Below, in pieces: positions 19,694-30,182 of a stretch of 64,000 nucleotides of DNA. The DNA lies in the NCBI GenBank assembly GCA_963664395.2, contig OY761159.2, positions 4,384,001-4,448,000 of the forward strand, in the 5' to 3' direction. The notes below the pieces were generated by a model. The model worked only from the letters and a program-made list of their open reading frames with translations. It was not told where the DNA came from and searched no databases. The stretch comes from Candidatus Binatia bacterium. Lineage in GTDB: Bacteria > Desulfobacterota > Binatia > Bin18. How positions within the stretch are numbered: the first letter of the stretch is position 1; each line of letters begins with the position of its first letter. Made by a program: the position numbers and the translations under genes.

Positions 19694-21139
19694 ATGACCT
19701 ACGAATCCGTTATTGGCTTGGAAGTGCACGCGCAATTACTGACTGCGTCAAAAATTTTTTGTGGCTGTTCTACCCGATTTGGCGCGGCCCCCAACCAGCA
19801 TACCTGCCCGGTCTGCCTGGGCCTGCCCGGGGTCTTACCCGTGCTCAATAAGAAGGTCGTCGATTTCGCGCTCCGTGCCGCACTGGCAACGCACTGTGCC
19901 ATTACGCCCACGAGCCGCTGGGCACGGAAAAACTATTTTTATCCGGACCTGCCCAAGGGCTACCAGATTAGCATGTATGAGCTGCCCATTGCCGAACACG
20001 GCTCTGTTGAGGTCACCGTCCAAGGACACGCGAAAAAGGTGCGTTTAACGCGGATTCACATGGAGGAGGACGCGGGAAAGAGCATCCATGATGCTGAGGC
20101 CGGAGCGAGTCTTATCGACCTGAATCGCGCGGGTGTTCCCTTGTTAGAGATTGTCAGTGAACCGGATATCCGCTCTGCCGAGGAAGCTGGCAGTTATCTC
20201 CGGAATTTACGGGCTATTCTCCAATATATTGAGGTCTGTGATGGCAATATGGAAGAAGGCAGTCTGCGTTGCGACGCCAATGTGTCCATACGTCCGTACG
20301 GGGATACCGAGTTCGGCACCAGAGCGGAAATCAAGAATCTCAATTCGTTTCGTGCAGTAGAAAAGGCGATTGAGCACGAGATTCAGCGCCAGACCGAGGT
20401 CGTCGAGGCCGGCGGCCGGGTCGTCCAGGAAACCCGCTTGTGGGATGCGGACCGAGAAGTGACCCGTTCCATGCGTAGCAAGGAGTTTGCGCACGATTAC
20501 CGTTATTTTCCAGACCCGGATCTGCTCCCGCTTGTTGTGGATGAGGCATGGGTTCAGGCGGTCCAAACGGTCCTGCCCGAACTGCCAACAGAGCGTCGCA
20601 CGCGCCTCACCCAAGAATATGGTTTACCCGCCTACGATGCGGAAGTTCTCACCGCGCGAAAAGATGTCGCTGACTACTTTGAAGCCGCAGTCCGGGCGTA
20701 TCCGACTGATCCTAAAACGATCAGTAACTGGGTAATGGACAGCGTACTGCGCTTCGTTAAGGAAGAAAAACTGGACGCGGCGCTGAAGATCGAGACCTGG
20801 CCCTGCCCGCCCGAGCGCCTGGGCGAATTAATTGGGTTGATACAGGACGGCACCATCAGCACGACTATCGCCAAGACCGTTTACGAAGAAATGCGCCGAA
20901 CCGGACATTCCCCGGAGGAAATCATTGAGTCCAAGGGACTGCGTCAGGTCAGTGATACCGACACCTTACAGGCCGCCATTGCCGAGGTATTGACAGCCAA
21001 CCCGGATAAAGTGGACGCCTATCGTGGCGGAAAAGAAAAACTGCTCGGCTTCTTTGTCGGGCAGGTCATGCGCGCCACCCAGGGCAAGGCCAATCCCCAG
21101 ATGGTCAATACGCTCTTACGGCAAAAGCTCTCCCAATAG
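19694..21139 (+). CDS. gatB: Asp/Glu-tRNA amidotransferase subunit B
   Basis: [43 protein letters not shown]. Confidence 0.98.
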   Translation: MTYESVIGLEVHAQLLTASKIFCGCSTRFGAAPNQHTCPVCLGLPGVLPVLNKKVVDFALRAALATHCAITPTSRWARKNYFYPDLPKGYQISMYELPIAEHGSVEVTVQGHAKKVRLTRIHMEEDAGKSIHDAEAGASLIDLNRAGVPLLEIVSEPDIRSAEEAGSYLRNLRAILQYIEVCDGNMEEGSLRCDANVSIRPYGDTEFGTRAEIKNLNSFRAVEKAIEHEIQRQTEVVEAGGRVVQETRLWDADREVTRSMRSKEFAHDYRYFPDPDLLPLVVDEAWVQAVQTVLPELPTERRTRLTQEYGLPAYDAEVLTARKDVADYFEAAVRAYPTDPKTISNWVMDSVLRFVKEEKLDAALKIETWPCPPERLGELIGLIQDGTISTTIAKTVYEEMRRTGHSPEEIIESKGLRQVSDTDTLQAAIAEVLTANPDKVDAYRGGKEKLLGFFVGQVMRATQGKANPQMVNTLLRQKLSQ

Positions 21140-21179
21140 CGTCGCCAGCGATTCGACCAGTTCAGTACAGGAGCCCAGC

Positions 21180-22361
21180 ATGGATTTTCATTTTACCCCA
21201 GCGCAGGATGCCTTTCGGCAGGAACTCCGCACCTGGCTCGCGGCCAACGTTCCACAAGACCATGGCCCGCTCCGTCACCTTCAGCCGCAGGCCTCAGCCG
21301 CAGACCTCACCTTCCTGAAAGACTGGCAGCGCACAGTCTTTGAAGGCGGCTGGACCGGGATTTCCTGGCCCAAAGAGTATGGCGGCCGAGGCGCTTCGCT
21401 GATTGAGCGAGTTATCTTTGATGAAGAAATGGCCAGCCACAAAGCGCCTGGGCTGCTTAATGTCCTGGGTCTGGAGATAGTCGGGCCGACGATTATTGTC
21501 TATGGGACGGAAGAACAGAAAAAAAAGCATCTCGCGGCTATCCTGAGTGGTGCGGATATCTGGAGCCAGGGCTATTCCGAGCCGAACTCGGGCTCAGACC
21601 TGGGCTCACTCCAGACACGCGCAGTTGACCAGGGCGATTATTTTTTAGTGAACGGCCAGAAAGTATGGACGAGTTTGGCCCGCTATGCCAATTGGTGCTT
21701 ACTCCTGGTGCGGACCGACCCTGACGCGCCCAAACATCACGGCCTGTCAGCCCTCCTGGTTGACATGCAGAGTCCGGGCATCACGGTGAAGCCGCTTCGG
21801 ACCATGACCGGCGAGAGCGAGTTTAACGAGGTCTTTTTCGAGAACGTCCAGGTCCCCAAGGCCAATCTTCTGGGAGAGATGAACCAGGGCTGGAAGGTCA
21901 TTATTACCTCGCTCATGTTTGAGCGGCAGGGGCTGGGCTTCTATTTTACCTTCGCCCAAAAACGGACCTACGAAGACCTGCGTGCCTGGTTGTGCAATTC
22001 CGGCCGGGTCTCAGGTCGGACGGACCGTCGGCTGCGCCAGAAAATGGCCCAGGCATATATGGATTGTGAGGTCTTGAAACTGAATAATTATCGCGCCCTA
22101 ACGCGGCTGCTGCGCGGTAACCCGGCCGGGCCGGAAGGCTCGATTGCCAAGCTACATTGGGCCGAAACCAACCAGCGCATGCAGGATCTCGCCGTCGAGC
22201 TGCAGGGAGCCGCCGGGCAACTCTATGACGCAGCCGAAGCGGAACATTATTGGCAGTACGGCTTTCTCCGAGCCCGAGCCAATACCATTGAAGGCGGCAC
22301 GTCCGAAATCCTGCGCAACATCATCGCCGAACGTGTCCTCCAACTGCCCAAGGGCCGCTAA
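21180..22361 (+). CDS. Acyl-CoA dehydrogenase family protein
   Basis: YSEPNSGSDL, NGQKVWTS, FNEVFF, TIEGGTSEI. Confidence 0.92.
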   Translation: MDFHFTPAQDAFRQELRTWLAANVPQDHGPLRHLQPQASAADLTFLKDWQRTVFEGGWTGISWPKEYGGRGASLIERVIFDEEMASHKAPGLLNVLGLEIVGPTIIVYGTEEQKKKHLAAILSGADIWSQGYSEPNSGSDLGSLQTRAVDQGDYFLVNGQKVWTSLARYANWCLLLVRTDPDAPKHHGLSALLVDMQSPGITVKPLRTMTGESEFNEVFFENVQVPKANLLGEMNQGWKVIITSLMFERQGLGFYFTFAQKRTYEDLRAWLCNSGRVSGRTDRRLRQKMAQAYMDCEVLKLNNYRALTRLLRGNPAGPEGSIAKLHWAETNQRMQDLAVELQGAAGQLYDAAEAEHYWQYGFLRARANTIEGGTSEILRNIIAERVLQLPKGR

Positions 22362-22388
22362 AGATTCCTAGAGGAAAAAACTCTCGAA

Positions 22389-25235
22389 ATGGCAAAGTCC
22401 CAAAAAAATACAGCCAAGCAGACCCTCAGCTACCGCCATAGCGACAAGCGGAAGAACAACCCGCCTGTCGGCATGGTCGATACCGCCAGCGACGGAGTGG
22501 AGGGACAAACAACGTGGGCGTATGATCCGCATATTGACCCGACCCTCAACTTCGACACCGCCCGAGCCGGCATTGAAAAGCTGATTGATGAGGCCCTGGC
22601 CTCGGGTGACGAGGCGGTCATGCGCCAAGCTCTGGAACAGCTTAAACGGATGCACACGCCGTATCTCAACTGGACCGGCAAGGCTGAGCGGACCAGTTTT
22701 GAGGTCGATACGGTGTCGCTACACGTTCATGAACGTATTGACCCAGCCACGATTTTGGCTGCGGTACAGCAACGCCTGAAGGGAGCAAGAGGCAAGAGCA
22801 AGGTAGAATTCCAACCCGACCTGTTCGCCGCTCCGTTCGAGAACCTGCCGCTGCGGGAAGCCATCGAATTCTACAAGCACGAGCGCGATTGGGCCAACCG
22901 GCTCATTGCTGGTGATTCACTGCTGGTCATGAATTCGCTGTTGCAGAAGGAGAGCATGGCCGGACAGGTACAGATGATCTACATCGACCCGCCGTATGGC
23001 ATCAAATACGGCTCAAACTTCCAGCCGTTTACCAATAAGCGGGACGTGAAAGACCGGAAAGACGAGGACCTGACCCACGAGCCAGAGATGATTAAGGCGT
23101 TCCGGGATACGTGGGAGCTAGGTCTTCACTCCTATCTCACCTACTTACGTGACCGTTTGTTATTGGCGAGGGAACTGCTGAGCGAGTCGGGCAGTGTATT
23201 TGTGCAGATTGGGGATGAGAATGTGCATCGGGTACGGGCGTTGATGGATGAGGTGTTTGGTGATGAGAACTTCTGTGCTCAAATTAGTTATCGTACATCT
23301 GTACCGCTTACCTCTTCCGGTTTGCCAAGTGTCACAGATCACCTCCTTTGGTTTGCAAAAAATAAAGAGTCTTTCAAGTTTCGGGACCTTTTTGTCGGAC
23401 GCGAAACCGGCGACAAGTCGAGATACTCGAACGTCGAGTTGCCGAACGGAAGGCGAAGAGCCTTGGCCGCTGAGGAGAAGGCTGACTTAGGCCAATTGCC
23501 TTCTGGCAGCCGGCCGTTTTCAGATATGGACCTCGCGTCTAGTGGATATACTCCGTCGTGCACCTTTAGCTTTCCCTATCGAGGGAAAACTTACTCGACT
23601 AGTTCAGGCAAAAGTTGGAAAACCACTAGCTCTGGAATGGGAGTTTTGGGAAAGGCAGGGCGTATAACCGACAGTGGACATACAATCAGGTATGTCATTT
23701 TCCATGATGACTTTCCAGTAACTAAACTTGCGAATGCATGGCTGGATACAACTGGTGAGCTAAAGAAAAGCTATGTTGTTCAAACGCATACTAGAATCAT
23801 CGAACGTTGTCTTCTCATGACCACTGACCCCGGCGACTTGGTGCTAGACCCTACCTGCGGCTCTGGCACGACTGCCTTTGTTGCCGAGAAGTGGGGCCGA
23901 CGCTGGATTACAACTGATACCTCACGTGTGGCTGTCACTCTGGCCAAGCAACGGCTGATGACCGCGAGTTACGACTACTATGATCTCAAATATCCCCATG
24001 AAGGCTTGAAGGGTGGCTTTGTCTACAAGACCGTCCCGCATATCACCCTCAAGTCTATTGCCAATAATCCCGAGATTGATGAAATCTATGAGCGGATGCA
24101 TCCAGCGGTTGAGCAGGCGTTGGACGCCCTGAATCAGTCTCTTTCCTTGACAGGAGAGGAACTGAAAGAATGGGAAGTCCCGTTCGATTTCCCCGAAGAC
24201 TGGCCAGAGGCGGCCCGTGCCCCTTTCGATGCCTTCCACACCGCTCTCCAGGCCCTGCAGAAAAAGATGGACGAATCTATTGCCGCCCACGCCGACCAGG
24301 AAATTTTGTACGACCAGCCCCAGGTGTCTAAAAACAGACTCCGTATCACCGGCCCCTTCACCGTCGAAGCGGTGCCCTTCCCCACTGTATTGGGTCTGGA
24401 AGAAGCGGAGCAGCCGTCCAGCGCTGACATGACCGTTGCCCGCTCCGGCGAAACTGCCCGCCAAGGTCAATGGCGGGATGAACTACTCAAAGCCGGTATT
24501 CGTGGTAAAGGCGGTCAAAAGTTACAACTAGCCGACCTAGAACCGCTGCCGGACGCGCGCTACATTCACGCTGTCGGCACGGTGGCCGAAACCGGTGAGC
24601 GTGTCGCCGTCAGCTTTGGCCCCCAACACGCCGCACTCGAACAACGCCAAGTTGAAATCGCCATGCGTGAGGCTGGCGAACTCTTCCCCCTACCCAAAAT
24701 GCTGGTGTTCTGTGCTTTTACCTTCGACCCGGAAGCTGCCAAGGACATCGACAACATCAAGAGCATCACCACCGTCCTGAAAGCCCAGATGAACACCGAC
24801 CTGCTGACCGAAGACCTGAAAAAGGCCCGCACCAGCAACGAGTCGTTCTGGCTCATGGGGCAGCCTGATATCGAAATTCACCATCTGAAAGGCGGACAGT
24901 ATCAGGTCGAAGTCCACGGCTTTGACTACTTCGATACCAAGACCGGCGAGCTGAAGTCGGGTGGCAAAAACAATATCGCCATGTGGTCGCTGGATACCGA
25001 CTATGACGACCGCTCGCTTTTCCCCAGACAGGTCTTCTTGCCCATGTCGGGAGCCAAAGACGGTTGGAACAAGCTGAAAAAGGAAATCAAGGCCGAGCTG
25101 AACGAAGATTTACTCACTCAGTTTCGAGGCACAAAATCCCTCCCCTTCGAGCCTGGAGAGAATCAGCGTATCGCCGTCAAGATTGTCGATGATCGTGGCA
25201 TTGAAAGTCTCAAGGTGATGGACATCACAGATTGA
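22389..25235 (+). CDS. mod: Type III R-M system DNA adenine methyltransferase (Mod)
   Basis: Motif IV YIDPPYG, motif I VLDPTCGSGTT, intervening variable TRD; cognate Res downstream. Confidence 0.9.
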   Translation: MAKSQKNTAKQTLSYRHSDKRKNNPPVGMVDTASDGVEGQTTWAYDPHIDPTLNFDTARAGIEKLIDEALASGDEAVMRQALEQLKRMHTPYLNWTGKAERTSFEVDTVSLHVHERIDPATILAAVQQRLKGARGKSKVEFQPDLFAAPFENLPLREAIEFYKHERDWANRLIAGDSLLVMNSLLQKESMAGQVQMIYIDPPYGIKYGSNFQPFTNKRDVKDRKDEDLTHEPEMIKAFRDTWELGLHSYLTYLRDRLLLARELLSESGSVFVQIGDENVHRVRALMDEVFGDENFCAQISYRTSVPLTSSGLPSVTDHLLWFAKNKESFKFRDLFVGRETGDKSRYSNVELPNGRRRALAAEEKADLGQLPSGSRPFSDMDLASSGYTPSCTFSFPYRGKTYSTSSGKSWKTTSSGMGVLGKAGRITDSGHTIRYVIFHDDFPVTKLANAWLDTTGELKKSYVVQTHTRIIERCLLMTTDPGDLVLDPTCGSGTTAFVAEKWGRRWITTDTSRVAVTLAKQRLMTASYDYYDLKYPHEGLKGGFVYKTVPHITLKSIANNPEIDEIYERMHPAVEQALDALNQSLSLTGEELKEWEVPFDFPEDWPEAARAPFDAFHTALQALQKKMDESIAAHADQEILYDQPQVSKNRLRITGPFTVEAVPFPTVLGLEEAEQPSSADMTVARSGETARQGQWRDELLKAGIRGKGGQKLQLADLEPLPDARYIHAVGTVAETGERVAVSFGPQHAALEQRQVEIAMREAGELFPLPKMLVFCAFTFDPEAAKDIDNIKSITTVLKAQMNTDLLTEDLKKARTSNESFWLMGQPDIEIHHLKGGQYQVEVHGFDYFDTKTGELKSGGKNNIAMWSLDTDYDDRSLFPRQVFLPMSGAKDGWNKLKKEIKAELNEDLLTQFRGTKSLPFEPGENQRIAVKIVDDRGIESLKVMDITD

Positions 25236-25236
25236 G

Positions 25237-25300
25237 ACCCCCCACCCTAACACCCTTCGACTCGGCTCAGGACAGGCTCCCCATCAAGGGGAGAGGGAAT
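25237..25300. repeat. REP-like palindromic element between mod and the ATPase gene
   Basis: CCCCCCACCCTAACACCCTTCGACTCGGCTCAGGACAGGCTCCCCATCAAGGGGAGAGGG with a CTCCCC/GGGGAG stem. Confidence 0.45.
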
Positions 25301-25310
25301 TGGAGATGAC

Positions 25311-26729
25311 ATGAAATTCATATTCAAAAACCTAGGCCCTATAAACGAAGCCGAACTGGAACTCGGTGACCTGACGATTATTGCCGGGCGGAATAATACG
25401 GGTAAGACGTATGTGGCGTATGCGTTGTATGGGTTTCTTAGATCGTGGCAGGGTTGGCCTCGGTTCCCAGAATTCTTTCATAATGCGCTCCAAAAATATC
25501 TGTCTTTCGACCAGTCGCTCAATATCCCAACAATGGAAAAACTTGCTAAAGCAGTCTTACAAGAGGGACAAGCCAAATGGGCCGTAGATAGAGAAGAACT
25601 GAGACGGGCGAGGAAAACATTTCTGCGGGAAATAGCCCTGGGCTTCTCGGCAGGAGCCTTGCCACAAGTGTTTAGTGCTCCACCTGAGGACTTTGAAGGC
25701 ACTTCGCTTGAAGTCTCGACCGAGGAGACGTTTTTCGAAGATACGCCGAGTCCAACTTTCCGCCTCCCTACTGGGGACGAATTTACGATTACATATAGCG
25801 ACAATGAGGTATGTACGCGTAGAGTCAGGATAGGCGAGGAAGTTCCCCCTACCGATGTCGTTACCTTCCTTCTCTCAGATCTCTATCTTACGTTTTTTCT
25901 CCCCAAACTTCCCGGTCCGTTCATCCTCTCGGCGGAGCGTTTCGGCATATCGCTCTTCTATAAGGAACTCGACTTTACAAAGAATCGCTTGGTGGAGGCA
26001 CTTCAAGAAATCGGAAAAGACAGGGAAAGAGATAGGTTCCTTCCATTTTCGATAATCGACAAGATGGCCAGTCGATATGCTCTGCCGATCAAGCACAATA
26101 TCGACTACACCAGAAGCATTCCTGATTTGAAAAAGAACCGAAGTGAAATATACGATTCTAAATTGTTCAACGATATTAGAGATATGCTGGGAGGCTCTTA
26201 TGCCGCTTCCGGTGACGATATCCGCTTCAAGTCAAAGGCACGGAAAGGCGGCTTTGACATTCCTCTCCATCTTGCCTCTTCTTCGGCCCGTGGATTGTCC
26301 GACTTGTATTTTTTTCTACGCCACGTAGCGCGCAAAGGTCAGCTTCTTATCATCGACGAGCCGGAAAGCCATCTTGATACGGCCAACCAGATTCAATTCG
26401 CGCGTCTGTTAGCGCGAGCAGTCCACGCTGGTCTGAAAGTCCTGATTACGACCCACAGCGACTACATCGTCAAGGAAATCAACAACCTGCTCATGCTGAG
26501 CGAGCCTTTCGAGGAGAAGAGTGAGGTGCTGAAAGAACTCGGCTACTCAAAGCACGACTTCCTGAAACCCGACTCTGTCCGGGCATATGTAGCCGAAAAA
26601 AACAGTCTGACCCGGTGTACAATCGACCGTCACGGCATCAATATGCCGGTCTTTGACGAGACTATCGACTCAATCAACCGGGTTTCCAACGAACTTTCAG
26701 TCCGGCTGAAATACGAAGGAGAAGGATGA
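25311..26729 (+). CDS. ABC-type (AAA_15/AAA_21-like) ATPase, putative defence component
   Basis: KNLGPI, Walker A GRNNTGKT, signature-like ASSSARG, Walker B LIIDEPESHL, H-loop ITTHS. Confidence 0.88.
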   Translation: MKFIFKNLGPINEAELELGDLTIIAGRNNTGKTYVAYALYGFLRSWQGWPRFPEFFHNALQKYLSFDQSLNIPTMEKLAKAVLQEGQAKWAVDREELRRARKTFLREIALGFSAGALPQVFSAPPEDFEGTSLEVSTEETFFEDTPSPTFRLPTGDEFTITYSDNEVCTRRVRIGEEVPPTDVVTFLLSDLYLTFFLPKLPGPFILSAERFGISLFYKELDFTKNRLVEALQEIGKDRERDRFLPFSIIDKMASRYALPIKHNIDYTRSIPDLKKNRSEIYDSKLFNDIRDMLGGSYAASGDDIRFKSKARKGGFDIPLHLASSSARGLSDLYFFLRHVARKGQLLIIDEPESHLDTANQIQFARLLARAVHAGLKVLITTHSDYIVKEINNLLMLSEPFEEKSEVLKELGYSKHDFLKPDSVRAYVAEKNSLTRCTIDRHGINMPVFDETIDSINRVSNELSVRLKYEGEG

Positions 26730-26730
26730 G

Positions 26731-27315
26731 GTGGCGTTGATTTCTCAATTGGGAACTATTCTGAGGGAAAAGTTTATTCAACAACGGAGAGCGCCACGTG
26801 GCTCTGTCACCCTTGAAGACAGCCAATCGGATATGGAGGTGAAGCTTATCCGTGTCCCCATGCCTTTTCTGGCCATCCCCATGAGTAGCGAGCCTATAAG
26901 AGGCAAGCGGACAAATCTCGACCCCTCACATCTGCCAGCTTTACAGGATCGTAGCGACTTGAAAAAAATATGTGACTATCTGTTGATTGGTCAATCGGAT
27001 GGCAACGATTACGCGATCTTTGTCGAATTGAAGAAGACGCTGCGAGAAGAAGAGGACAAGCCCAAGGAGCAGCTACGGCGCTCACTGCCGATCTTGGACT
27101 ATCTGCTTTCCGTGTGCGCCGTTGAATACGGCAGCCGGGGACATAATCTGACGATACGTTATATCCTGATTGCTGAACAGTCGATCAACACGCTCAATAA
27201 ACAAAGAGTTCAAGGCGAGGAAGCAGAAAAAGTGCAAGAGCAAACATACAAGTCCACACAGATAACGACCTTCGTAGGAACATCTATGCATTTTGCAACT
27301 TTGATAGGGAACTGA
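26731..27315 (+). CDS. Putative PD-(D/E)XK nuclease
   Basis: CDYLLIG...IFVELKK...EQL pattern; starts 2 bp after the ATPase stop. Confidence 0.6.
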   Translation: MALISQLGTILREKFIQQRRAPRGSVTLEDSQSDMEVKLIRVPMPFLAIPMSSEPIRGKRTNLDPSHLPALQDRSDLKKICDYLLIGQSDGNDYAIFVELKKTLREEEDKPKEQLRRSLPILDYLLSVCAVEYGSRGHNLTIRYILIAEQSINTLNKQRVQGEEAEKVQEQTYKSTQITTFVGTSMHFATLIGN

Positions 27316-27350
27316 ACTACTCCTCGTTATTCCCCCCCCGAGACAACCCT

Positions 27351-30137
27351 ATGCCACGAAACTCCCTCATCATTAACTCACCCTACGACAAGCCACAGCA
27401 ACATTGGGCGCAGGACGAACGGGGACGAGTGTTAGAAGTCGTACCCGGCCGTCGTGAGGCTGGGTATGAGATCATTGATACACGCAACAACACCCGTCGC
27501 GTCGAAGAACTGGAGCTGGTCAACCGTATTCGTCCCCGTGTGGATGAATGGCGAGAGGCCGGCTATCCCGGTGTGACCAGCGTGTCTCGTCGCTTGCTCG
27601 AACATTGGCACGACCGCGAGGCACGCCAGTTGCCGTTCTACTTCTGCCAACTCGAAGCCATCGAAACGTTGATCTGGTGGGTAGAAGGACCACAGGAATA
27701 TCAGCAAGGCATTAACCTGCCCGGCGACGGCGGCCCCTGGGAGCGGATTTGCAATAAGATGGCAACCGGGTCCGGGAAGACCACGCTCATGGGCCTTATC
27801 ATTACCTGGCAAGTGTTGAATGCCCTGACCTATCCCAAGCGCAAAGAATTCTCCCAAACCATTTTCATTGTCGCACCGGGTCTGACCGTCAAGGAGCGCT
27901 TGCAAGTGCTCTATCCGGGCCATGAAAGGAATGTGTATGACGAGTTCCGTCTGTGTCCGAATGAGGCGTTGCGTCAGAAGGTCAATCAGGCCGTCCTGCT
28001 GGTGGAGAACTGGCACAGCCTCATGCCACTCAAGGAGCCGGACCGCTCCGTTGTCAAAAAGGGAGCGGAAAGCGATGAGGCTTTTACGCGGCGCGTATTA
28101 GGCAAGCTGGCCGGCTACAAGAATCTCGTGGTTATCAATGACGAAGCACACCATGCCTACCGCCAGCGGGCCGAGGTCAAAGTCAGTAAAAAAGAAGCCC
28201 AGGAATTCGGCATTGATCTGGAAGAAGCCACCCGCTGGATAGAAGGGCTCGACCGTATCCACAAGACCCGACAGATTCGCCGCTGCTTTGACCTCTCGGC
28301 GACCCCCTTTGCCCCAACCGGAAAGAAGTCCACAGAAAAGGGGCTGTTCGATTGGATCGTTTCCGACTTTGGTCTGAATGACGCCATCGAAGCAGGATTA
28401 GTCAAGACTCCGCGCGTGGTTGTCCGCGACGACGCGCTCGCCAATGCCCAAACTTATCGGAGCAAGCTCTATCACCTCTATAACGAAGCGGAAGTGAAGG
28501 AGGACCTCAATCGGAAGGCCGAACCGCACGAACCGTTACCCGATTTGGTACAGAAAGCCTATGCGCTTTTGGCTTACGATTGGCGTGAGATAGCCAAGGA
28601 CTGGAAGGAAGAGGGGCACGAGACACCACCGGTCCTACTGACGGTCTGCAACCGGACGGAGAGCGCCGCCCGTCTTGAGCGCTTCTTTAACGATGGGGAC
28701 TGCCTCATTACTGAGACGCAAAATCCTGAGAAGACTCTGCGGGTTGATTCTCGGGTGTTGGAAAAAGCCGAACGTGGTGAATCGATCACAAAAAATAAAG
28801 ACTATGCTGAACGGCTGGAGGCCATCCTAAATGCTTCCGGGTTGCCTGATGATAAACGCGAAGAGCTGTTACATGCCAAACAGGAAGAGCAGTTACGTGC
28901 CATCGTCGATAGTGTTGGCAAACGGGGGAAACCTGGACAGCAACTCCAGAATGTTATCTCTGTCGCCATGCTGTCGGAAGGCTGGGATGCGGCGAATGTG
29001 ACCCACATCATGGGACTGCGAGCTTTTACGAGTCAGTTGCTCTGCGAGCAGGTCATTGGCCGGGGGCTGCGGCGAGTGTCGTATGAGCGCGATGAAGACG
29101 GATTATTCTTGCCGGAATACGTCAATGTCTTTGGCGTGCCGTTGTCTATCTTTCAGGACGTTGGAGAAGGGGGAGTCGTCCCGCCCCCGCCAAAACCCAG
29201 CGTGCAGGTTGAAGTCGTTCCCGGACGTAATCAGTACGAAATCCGCTGGCCGAATGTGGCGCGTATAGAAACGGTGCTGCGTCCGACATTGGTCGTGGAT
29301 TGGGACACGGTAGAACCACTGACCTTAGACCCCATGCAAACACCCATCTCGGCGGAAGTAGCTCCGTCTCTCGCGGGTCAGGCGGACTTGTCCAAGGTGA
29401 GCGCTATTGACCTGGAACAGGCGGTTGAGGAGTTCCGACTGCAAAACCTGATCTTTCGGGCGGCCCGCAAGCTCTATGTTCAGAGTGCGGACACGTTCTC
29501 AGGGGATATGCAGTACTTGGCGGTGCAACTGATTCGGATCGTGGAAGCGTTTCTGAGCAGCAACAGGCTCCACATCCCCAGCCTGTGGCATCAAGACCCG
29601 GTGCGTCGTCGCATCCTGGTGGCGCTGAATATGGACACCGTGGTCGGCCATATCAGCCGCTTCATGCAAAAGCAGAATGCCGAGCAATTGCAGGTCTGCT
29701 TTGACCCGGACCAGGCGATTGGCTCAACCGCCTCTATGCGGACCTGGTACACCACAAAACCGTGCCAAGCCACGATGAGGTCGCACATCAGTCACGCCGT
29801 GTCCGACAGTGTGTGGGAGAAGGCGGTTGCGGATATATGTGAAAAAGAGCCGTCTATCTCGGCTTGGGTCAAGAATGACCATCTGGATTTTAAGGTCCGG
29901 TATCTGTATCGGGGCTCATCCCGCAACTTTGTGCCGGATTATTTGATCCGTCTGAATAATGGAAAGACCTTGGTGCTCGAAATCAAAGGCCAGGACAGCG
30001 AGCAGAACCGGGCGAAACGAGCGGCTATGGACACCTGGATTCAGGCGGTGAATGAGCAGGGCGGTTTTGGACAGTGGAGTTTTGCGGTGGTGTTCGAGCC
30101 GGCAAGGATTCGAGACGCGGTGATGGCGCATCTGTAG
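27351..30137 (+). CDS. res: Type III R-M restriction subunit (Res), helicase plus C-terminal nuclease
   Basis: MATGSGKT, NDEAHH, LSATP, LSEGWD, EQVIGRGLR; C-terminal PDY...LEIKG. Confidence 0.92.
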   Translation: MPRNSLIINSPYDKPQQHWAQDERGRVLEVVPGRREAGYEIIDTRNNTRRVEELELVNRIRPRVDEWREAGYPGVTSVSRRLLEHWHDREARQLPFYFCQLEAIETLIWWVEGPQEYQQGINLPGDGGPWERICNKMATGSGKTTLMGLIITWQVLNALTYPKRKEFSQTIFIVAPGLTVKERLQVLYPGHERNVYDEFRLCPNEALRQKVNQAVLLVENWHSLMPLKEPDRSVVKKGAESDEAFTRRVLGKLAGYKNLVVINDEAHHAYRQRAEVKVSKKEAQEFGIDLEEATRWIEGLDRIHKTRQIRRCFDLSATPFAPTGKKSTEKGLFDWIVSDFGLNDAIEAGLVKTPRVVVRDDALANAQTYRSKLYHLYNEAEVKEDLNRKAEPHEPLPDLVQKAYALLAYDWREIAKDWKEEGHETPPVLLTVCNRTESAARLERFFNDGDCLITETQNPEKTLRVDSRVLEKAERGESITKNKDYAERLEAILNASGLPDDKREELLHAKQEEQLRAIVDSVGKRGKPGQQLQNVISVAMLSEGWDAANVTHIMGLRAFTSQLLCEQVIGRGLRRVSYERDEDGLFLPEYVNVFGVPLSIFQDVGEGGVVPPPPKPSVQVEVVPGRNQYEIRWPNVARIETVLRPTLVVDWDTVEPLTLDPMQTPISAEVAPSLAGQADLSKVSAIDLEQAVEEFRLQNLIFRAARKLYVQSADTFSGDMQYLAVQLIRIVEAFLSSNRLHIPSLWHQDPVRRRILVALNMDTVVGHISRFMQKQNAEQLQVCFDPDQAIGSTASMRTWYTTKPCQATMRSHISHAVSDSVWEKAVADICEKEPSISAWVKNDHLDFKVRYLYRGSSRNFVPDYLIRLNNGKTLVLEIKGQDSEQNRAKRAAMDTWIQAVNEQGGFGQWSFAVVFEPARIRDAVMAHL

Positions 30138-30182
30138 GCGTCGTAAAGGATAGTGGCTTCAACGAGACAACATGTGGCATGC

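Noticed and set aside
22389-27350. Phase-variable mod (phasevarion) or poly-C switch before res
   Set aside because: No simple-sequence repeat tract in mod beyond an A7; the C8 run upstream of res is intergenic and too short to support a claim.
22389-30137. Prophage or integrative element carrying the R-M locus
   Set aside because: No integrase, transposase, tRNA target or flanking direct repeats recognised.
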